Source of the DNA: the human T2T-CHM13v2.0 reference genome, Homo sapiens | Reading direction: 5' to 3' (one strand) | NCBI RefSeq assembly: GCF_009914755.1 | Contig: NC_060926.1 | DNA: 64,000 bases | Shown: positions 52,277 through 64,000 of the stretch, one piece after another | Layout of the letters: each line of letters begins with the position of its first letter | How positions within the stretch are numbered: position 1 is the stretch's first letter | The notes under the pieces: generated by a model | Told to the model about the DNA's origin: nothing | Databases searched by the model: none | Seen by the model: only the letters and a program-made list of their open reading frames with translations | Program-made: the position numbers and the translations under genes

Positions 52277-52715
52277 TTAGTCTAGAGTTTCATAAAGTTT
52301 TCCAGATATGATTGCTAAGAGTAAATGAATATAAAGGGGATAACAGTTTGTAAGTGAACTTCTGATAATGGTTATGTTTTGTAATATGTTTACCTAGAAA
52401 TATTTCTCAAATCTCTTTAGTAGCTATACCCTTAGGGGTTTGCTAAGCTAAATTAAATGACAGAAGTTCATTGACTGGCTAGATCCTTTCCAGATAAGAT
52501 GTAATGCTGAGACTAATCACATGCTGAATAAGAGTTTAGACTCATATACTTTTGGCTTCTTATTTCAGAAGAACAAAAGTTCTGAGGATCTGTTAGTAAA
52601 AATGTTCCTATTCCATATTAAAGAGTTGTTCTGTTGAAAAGCGTATGTCGCTGGACTTGTAAAATGTGTAGTCACGGATTGTGGGTACGTGATTGAAAGT
52701 AAGTTGCTTATTTTA

Positions 52716-52840
52716 GCCAAGCACAGTGGCCCACACCTATAATCCCGGCACTGCGGGAGGCAGAGGTGGGAGTATAGCTTGAGCCGGGGAGTTTGAGACC
52801 AGCCTGGGCAGCACAGTGAGACTCTGTCTCTGAAAAAAAA
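52716..52840 (+). mobile_element. FLAM/Alu left monomer
   Basis: TSD ttgcttattt. Confidence 0.85.
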
Positions 52841-52882
52841 AATTGCTTATTTCCTAGGTGTTCACTGAAAATTAGAGTGCTA

Positions 52883-53315
<433 letters not shown>

Positions 53316-53427
53316 TTAACCACATGCAAATGTGGTTTTTGTTAAAGGCAAAGTAATTTTGTCTAGTTTAGAGGTTTTTAAAAGTTGCTTTAAATGGAAG
53401 GAAAAGAGACAGATAAAACTAACTGGA

Positions 53428-53722
53428 GGCTGGGCGCAGTGGCTCATGTCTGTAATCCCAGCACTTTGGGAAGCTGAGGCATTGAGGATCACATGAGGTC
53501 AGGAGTTCCAGACCAGGCTGGCCAGCATGATGATACTCTGTCTCTACTAAAAATACGAAAATTAGCCAGGTGTGGTGGTGCGTGCCTGTAATACCACCTC
53601 CTCGGGAGGCTGAGGCAGGAGAATTTGAGCGGCAAAAGTTACGATGAGCTGAGATTATGCCACGGTACTCCAGCCTGGGCAACAGAACAAGACTTTGTTT
53701 CGAAAAAAAGAAAACAAAAAAA
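53428..53722 (+). mobile_element. AluS
   Basis: Full diverged Alu. Confidence 0.92.
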
Positions 53723-54400
53723 CCTAAATGGATATAGAAGTTAAAAAAACAAATAATGGGAAAAATTGTAAGAGGTTATAAAAAGTTTATAAAAATCTTA
53801 CATTTTGTGTTCTAAGCTGAATTGAGATTGGATGGATTTGTTTATAAGGTTTTGTTAAAATTATCTTTAGCATTAAAAATATACTGAGGCAAAGGTAAAA
53901 TTCGGTTTTCTCTTTTGAGCAAGATTTTTGTGTAGCATTAATGAAAGATAGTAAATATTTTTGTTTACCTTTTAAGCCAACTGCAAAAAATAAAATAAAA
54001 TAAAAAGAAGAGAGACAGATTCCATTCGTTTCATGCTGTCTTTATTAGGTTTCTGATTGTTTGAAAAAAATGAATCTCTTCTCTATCAAAGAGTAAAGGT
54101 TTCTGCTTTTTTAAAATCTTTGAATTTAAAATCTTTGAATATCAATTTGCCTATATGAATGACTATTATTTTACAGTGACCTGTAAGTCTATTTCGATCA
54201 AGTGTTTTAAATCTTTAATATTGACAAACTTTCCAAAATCAAATTTCAAATTCTAAATTCAGTCTTTTTAACCTCAAATAATTATTTGAATATTAGGACC
54301 TGTAGAAGTCTAAGAGATCCATATTAGGCTTATTTGGTATATTAAAATCATATGCGAAACATTGTCAAATAAAAAATGGTGTTTAACTTTGTTTGGGTTA

Positions 54401-54506
54401 TGTATTAGTTTGTTTTCACGCTGCTATAAAGATATACCCGAGACTGGATAATTTATAAAGGAAAGAGGTTTAATTGATTCATAGTTCCACATGGCTGGGG
54501 AGGCTT
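54401..54506 (-). mobile_element. THE1/MST LTR fragment (one terminus only)
   Basis: tgtattagtttgttttcacgctgctataaag...atggctggggaggc, then an abrupt break. Confidence 0.85.
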
Positions 54507-54930
54507 AGATCAGCCACTCGCTGTTCTCAAAGACAGTGACCCTTTGCTCATTACAATAGTAAAAAAAAAAAAAAAACCTCTGGATGGAGATATAAGAAGC
54601 TAATGAACATTCGAGGTATGAACAAGCATGTACAGCTACTGCACATGTGCACCCAGAGGACCAACCAGAACATGCTTACTAGCAACACCTCTTCCCACCT
54701 CCTTATGAATGATCGTGTAAGGGAGCCTCCTTCGTGCCAGCCTCTGCTGTCTCATCCTTATGAGCAGCCGCCCTGAATCCTCTCCCTCTTAGGGTGTACT
54801 GTCTATTCTGTGCTTTCAAAATATTCTTTCTCCTTTACGATAAGTTGTTCTATGCTGCATCTCCTTTGCTGTGTGTCTCCTGTTTAAAATATTTTAAACT
54901 AGGAAGACAAGAACTGAGGTATCACAGCAG
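54507..54930 (+). mobile_element. 3' part of an ERV1 LTR (MER66-like)
   Basis: agcatgtacagctactgcacatgtgcacccagagg...taaactaggaagacaagaac; subfamily tentative. Confidence 0.6.
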
Positions 54931-55017
54931 CCGGTCAGATCCTGAGAGGACCTGAGACTGTCACTTTCACCACCTGCAGGTCACCATTTTACTCTTCAAA
55001 AATTGCTTCTAAAAAAA

Positions 55018-56290
55018 ATTTTTTTTTCAATAGTTTTGGGGGAACAGGTGGTTTTTGGCTACATGGATAAGTTTTTTAGTGGTGACTTCTGAGATTTCGG
55101 TGCACCCATCACCTAAGCAGTGTACACTGTACCCAATGTGTAGTCTTTTATTCCTTACCCTGCTCCAGCCCTTCTCCCTGAGTCCCTAAAGTCCATTATC
55201 TCATTCTTATGCTATTGCGTCCTCATAGCTTAACTCCCACTTACAAGTGGGAGTTAAGCTTATATGATAACATTCGGTATTTGGTTTTCCATTCCTGAGT
55301 TACTGTACTTAGAATAATGGTCTCCAACTCCATCCAGGTTGCTGCAAATGCCATTATTTCATTCCTTTTTAATGGCTGAGTAGTATATATACTCATATAT
55401 ATATATATGTATATATACATATATATATACATATATATATATATATATGCCACATTTTCTTTATCCACTTGTTGATTGATGGGCATTGTATTAGTCTGTT
55501 CTCACACTGCTAATAAAGACATACCCGAGACTGGATAATTTATAAAGGAAAGAAGTTTAATTGACTCACAGTTCCGTATGGCTGGGGAGGCCTCATAATA
55601 ATGAAGAGCAAAGTCACGTCTTACATGGCAGCAGGCAAGAGAGCTTATGCAGGGTAACTCCCGTTTGTAAAGCCATCAGATCTCATGAGACTTGCTCACT
55701 ACCATGAGAACAGTATGGGGGAAACTACCTCCACGATTCAATTATCTCCATGCCCTGCCCTTGACATGTGGGGATTATTACAATTCAAGGTGAGATTTGG
55801 GTGAGGACACAGGCAAACCATATCAGGCATTTAGGCTGGTCCCATATTTTTTCAATTATGAGTTTTGCTGCTATAGACGTGTGGGCAAGTGTATTTTTCA
55901 TATAATGACTTCTTTTCCTCTGGGTAGATACCCAGTAGTGGGATTGCTGGATCAAATGGTAGTTCTACTTTTAGTTCTTTAAGGAATCTCCACACTGTTT
56001 TCCCTAGTGGTTGTACTAGTTTACATTCCCATCAGCAGTGTAAAAGTGTTCCCTTTTCACCACGTCCACGTCAACATCTATTATTTTTTCATTTTTACAT
56101 TATGGACATTCTTGCAGGAGTAAGGTGGTATCTCATTATGGTTTTAATTTGCATTTCTCTGATAGTTAGTGATGTTGAGCATTTTTTCATTTGCTTGTTG
56201 GCCATTTGTATATTTTCTCTTGTGAATTGTCTATGTATGTCCTCTGCCCACTTTTTGATGGGATTATTTGCTTTTTTCTCACTGATTTGT
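55018..56290 (-). mobile_element. L1PB-like 3' end with (TA)n expansion (55385-55448), interrupted by a THE1 LTR
   Basis: ggggaacaggtggtttttggctacatggataag... terminus; minus ORF contains KRNEIMAFAATWMELETIILS (L1 ORF2p end). Confidence 0.92.
55487..55825 (-). mobile_element. THE1 solo LTR inserted in the L1
   Basis: tgtattag...catatca termini; perfect 5-bp TSD ggcat. Confidence 0.93.
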
Positions 56291-56530
56291 TGTCATTCTT
56301 CAAAAATCGTTGAGGCAAAACAGAGTTAAGGAACATCAGAGGAAAGAGCAAAATAAGCACTTTGTTTTTTAGGCAAAAATCTATCCATTGTTTTTTGTTT
56401 GTATGCTCTCACTATGTTGCCAGGCTGGTCTTGAACTCCTGGGCTCAAGCGATCCCCTCATCTTGCTAACCTATTGTTACTGTCAATTCTTATAAGTAAA
56501 GGCTCAGGGGACAATGAAATTTTTATTTAA

Positions 56531-56860
<330 letters not shown>

Positions 56861-56920
56861 AGGTGTGTACTTTCCTTGGGAAGATTCTGCCACACTTTCT
56901 TGCTATAGCCCGAGGACTAT

Positions 56921-57210
56921 AGTGTGTATGTGTGTGTGAGTATGAGTGTGAGAGTGTGTGTGTGTATGTGAGCATGAGTGGGTGTGTGTGAGTGCATATG
57001 TGTGTGTATGACAGTGTGTGTGAGTGTGAGTGAAAGTGGGTCTGTGTGTGTGTATGAGAGTGTGTGTGTGAGGGAGCATATGTGTGTGTAAGTGTGAGAT
57101 TGTGTGAGAGCGTATGTGTGTGTGTGAGGTTGTATGTGAGAGAGCGTATGTGTGTGTGAGTGTGAGAGTGTGTGTGAGTGTGAGTGAAAGTGGGTCTGTG
57201 TGAGTGTGTA

Positions 57211-57246
<36 letters not shown>

Positions 57247-57248
57247 AG
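56921..57248. repeat. Long degenerate (TG/AG)n tract
   Basis: ~330 bp of interrupted TG repeats. Confidence 0.92.
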
Positions 57249-57805
57249 AAAGACAGCATGCAGTGAGGGGTGGGGAACAGGAAACCGAGTTTGAGAACAA
57301 GATAAACATAAACATGGAACTGATGGGATCATCCACCTTCATAGTGACCCAGCTCACAGATGGTTTGAAAACGAGGCATTAATTCATTCTTAGTCTCATT
57401 AGGAGCCTCATTAATTTCTTTAGCAAACTTTGCTGTGTTCCTTCACTGTTCCAGGTTCCTAGATGCTGGCAATGCCAGGATGGATGAATTACTTTCCTTG
57501 GCCCGGAGAGCCTCACCGTCTAGAAAGAGATACAGACGTGCAAATAATTGCAAGAGATTCCTCCAGGCAGCTGAGTGCACCTTCTGCATACCTTTGATAT
57601 CTAATATTCAAGTCATATCCCAGCCCTTGCTCCCCACAAGCAGACAGAACCAAGAATTCTTCAACCTCTTCTGTCCTGAGACCCTGCCTGGGGCTCTCCT
57701 GATTCTCTCAGCCACCAAGCTCACCTCCCAGTCTGTACTTTGGGCTTTTCCTCTCTCTGCAGGTATGAAGTGGTCTACTCTGTTGCCGCATCTTGTCTTG
57801 GGCTC

Positions 57806-58186
57806 TATTAGGGGCTGAACCATGTCCCCCACAATCAATCCTGAGTACCTCTGAATGTAACCATATTTGGAGATAAGATCTTTAACGAGGTGATTAAGTC
57901 AAAATGAGGCCTTTAGGGTGGGGACCTAATCCAATATGACTGGTGTCCTTACAAAAGAAGAGCCACCCGGGATGCATGCCTGCATCACACACAGAAAAGG
58001 CCATGTGGGGACGCAGGGAGAAGGCGGCCGGCTGCAAGCCAAGGAGAGAGGTCTCGGGAGAAACCAACACTGCCAAAATCTTGATCTTGGACTTCTAGCC
58101 TCCAGAACTGTGAGAAGGTAAATTCCTGTTGTTTAAGCCACTCAATCTGTGACATTTTATTATGGCAGCCAGAACAAACTAATACA
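57806..58186 (+). mobile_element. MLT1B-like MaLR LTR
   Basis: gggtgggacctaatccaatatgactggtgtcctta...ctccagaactgtgaga...actaataca; TSD ggctc/gcctc. Confidence 0.88.
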
Positions 58187-59199
58187 GCCTCTAACTCAGT
58201 CTTTCCATCTGAATAAAGCAGCCTTGTACCAATAAATGCTCTGAGCCCTGTTACCCAACTGATCAGGGACAGAAGGAACAGGACTTAGTGACCGATCGAA
58301 TGTGGGGGGCAGTGATGTGAGGGACTCACAACGAGGTTCAGATTTGATTGAGCTGGGGCTGAACCCACTGCTGTTGAGGATGCGGCCAGACACTGATGGA
58401 GTGCTGCTGTCTGACATTGCCTTTTCAGACTCCACAGAATACCTTTCCCCACCAGACTAGATCATGGTTTTCTCTATATGATTAGATGGATGAAAATGAA
58501 TCATATGTGAGTGAACCCAGGTTCCCTCTCCCCTCCTCCCAAAAAGGAATTTGGCTTCACTTACTCAGTTCTTTTCTCCCCTAGTCCTCCAACCGGGTCT
58601 TTCCTTGAAGGATTGACTCCTTTTGGCTTTTTCTGGCACAGACTTGGAAAAACTGGAGAAGGAAAAAGAAGTGAGGAAGCGCAAAGGCTAGAGCTGAGGG
58701 AAGTGTATTTTTCCCAGGGAGGGTTGGTGAATGGCGCAGAGGTCTCTGTCATCTTTAAATGAGGTTGTTGGGAAAGGAAAGAACATTTTTAAGAAGCACT
58801 TCTATGGGTACATATCCCTTTGTGATATTCAAAAAGACCAAGAGCTTGAGATTTTTTGAAATTACTTTGATTGCTGGAATATCCTCCTTTGAAGGGAACA
58901 CTGTCCTGAGATGGATCACTTGGATCACGGATTCAACTGGGTTACATTTGCATTCTAGGCGTGATGATTCCCTTTGGACTGATTAGACCAAGAGACTTTT
59001 GGTTATAGGGCTTGAGACAATCCCCCTTCAGCTTCTCACATGTTAAACCTTCTTTCCGTTTATATCCATGCCATCACAGCATAGCAGACTCTAGCTTGCT
59101 TGGCACTATCATCTATAAATCCACAATTGCAACCCCACATTAATCCAACTCCCTGGCACATGGTTCATGGTCTTATAACTCATAAGAGTTATAAATTCT

Positions 59200-59368
59200 T
59201 TTTTTTTTTGAGACGGAATTATGCTTTGTCACCCAGGCTGTCACTCCAGGCTGGAGTGCCTTGCCCAAGATGGGCAAGGCTAGTCTTGAACTCCTGACAT
59301 CAGGTGATCTGCCTGCCTTGGCCTCCCAAATTGCTGGGATTACAGACATGGGCCACTGCGCCTGGCCT
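59200..59368 (-). mobile_element. AluS with large internal deletion
   Basis: Both Alu ends present, middle absent; TSD taaattctt. Confidence 0.88.
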
Positions 59369-59586
59369 AAATTCTTACATAGAGTGTAACTTTCACAAGG
59401 ATTCATATGCCTAGAAAAAATGTCAGAAGAATATACCCCCAAATACTAACAGTGGCTGTTAATAGTGTTGAGACTGTTTCCTTTTTCAATTTTCATCTGT
59501 ATTTTCTAGATAGTCTATATTTCCCACATATATTACTTTTATAAAAAAGGAAAAAATTATTTAAATATTATAATTTTTTAATATTA

Positions 59587-59980
<394 letters not shown>

Positions 59981-60347
59981 CTAACATAAGTTGACCATTG
60001 TGATAGCACAACTTTACAATACACTTGTTAATGTCTTTTATTCCCAACTCTTTTGAAAATTTCACTGCACTCCATTTGCCTCTCTCTCCCCTTCCACTTG
60101 GGACCTCAGGGCATGTTTCAATGACTCATTCATTTAATTCCTGTCATGCAGAAATGCATCTTCTGCTAGGCAGCCCTTGAAGTCACCTCTTGTGTCACCC
60201 AGTGCTCCCATAGCACAGCACTCAGCAGATTGCATTGTAATGCCTGTTTGCCAGCTTCTTTTTCTCACTAAACAATAAACTGCTCAAGGGCAGAGACCAT
60301 GTCCATGTTATTTCTCATGATAAATCCAACACCTGAGGCAGTATCTG

Positions 60348-62280
<1,933 letters not shown>

Positions 62281-62854
62281 GGTATATAGGAGGTTCTGAA
62301 ATGTTATTGAGTGAATGAATAAATTAGCACTAGAAAAAAAGCATGGACTTTGGAAGAGGACCAGAATTTAAAACCAGACTAGAAGTGTAGAGTTGGGGGA
62401 ACTCAACCCATTTCCCACCACTTCCATCGACCTCCTGTGGCATCCTAATGTTCAGAAGGAGAAGAACATTCTAGAAGGAGAACAAAATTCTATCAGCAAG
62501 AAGTATAATACTCTTGTGCCAAAGGTGTGCACAATCAGCCAAGTGACCTGAGAAATGCAAGTCCTGGCTCTATTGAGGTCATCAAGGAGAAAGCAAGCCG
62601 CTGGCAAGTCAGGAATCTGTCTCAAAGTAAACATGTGGCTTGTGACCTTGAGGATGTGCGTATGTTTATTGTTGGGGCAGTTGCTTTTTCCTTATCTCTC
62701 ACCAGCTCTCAAAAGACCTGTTTAAGTTTTCTGTAAGAGGATATATCTCATGTGCAGTTGCAAATATGCTTCTTTATTCTTCTCTGGCTAATAATTATCA
62801 AAGTTACAGTCATGAATATTCACCTTCTCAGGCTGCTCTGTCAGAGATTTTTCT

Positions 62855-63475
<621 letters not shown>

Positions 63476-64000
63476 GCTGTGAGCCATGTCGTTTAGAGTC
63501 TCTCAAGAAACTGTTTTTTCTGGTCTTCATTCTTGGTGTCAAAGGCAACAAAATATTATACCAAAATACATTCCCATGCTTGAACATTTCCAGTGGAATA
63601 TAACTTGTCTCAAAATGAGAACCAGAAATGATGCTTATGTCATCAAATCAGTGATTGCTATTGCAGAAAATATGACAGTCTGATTTGAAGAAATGCTGAT
63701 CTGCTATTAAGGGAAAGGGTGCTATTTTAGCATAGTTTATTTATTTAGAGAAAAATCTCATAGGTTGGCAGCTTCACACCTGTCTATTAACCCTGCTTCC
63801 CGCATACTTCCATTTTGATGTCTAGTACTGATAATGCAGATTTCTTTCAATGCTATCATATTAATATTTCCCAACTCAGTTGACTTACATGTCGACAATA
63901 AACCTTGACAGCAGGTGAGGAATATGTTGGCTTTCTGGCCAATATGCTGAGCTTTTTGAGAAATGCTTCTTTGAGGGTTATGTGCTTTGAGTTCTGTTTA

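Noticed and set aside
58196-58435. 79-aa Ser/Pro-rich ORF that looks protein-like
   Set aside because: The plus strand (acaggacttagtgaccgatcgaatgtgggggg) resembles an L2 relic; there is no ATG start and I recognise no homologue.

Overview
This is primate, very probably human, gene-poor genomic DNA dominated by interspersed repeats: about 55 Alus/FLAMs (J, S and Y types), L1 3' fragments, L2/MIR relics, MaLR and ERV1/ERVL LTRs, a full-length THE1 element, a MER4-group ERV internal region and hAT DNA-transposon fossils. I see no spliced protein-coding exon and no CpG island; the remaining ORF-track entries mostly overlap Alu, L1, LTR or microsatellite sequence, and none resembles a protein I recognise. 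The only recognisable protein-coding sequence is a full-length RPL31 processed pseudogene with an intact 125-codon ORF (11564-11941). It is fused to an upstream Alu, and the pair is enclosed by one shared 18-bp target-site duplication (TSD). Other oddities are a ~98%-identical 244-bp copy of an ancient L1 segment from 2.8 kb upstream, a tRNA-Glu-like sequence ending in CCA inside the ERV, an age-ordered stack of three Alus at one target site, and a series of fold-back hairpins inside repeats. I cannot support a new biological system here; the findings are retrotransposition and DNA-repair fossils. Repeat subfamily names come from recalled consensus sequences, and repeat boundaries are approximate unless a TSD is given.
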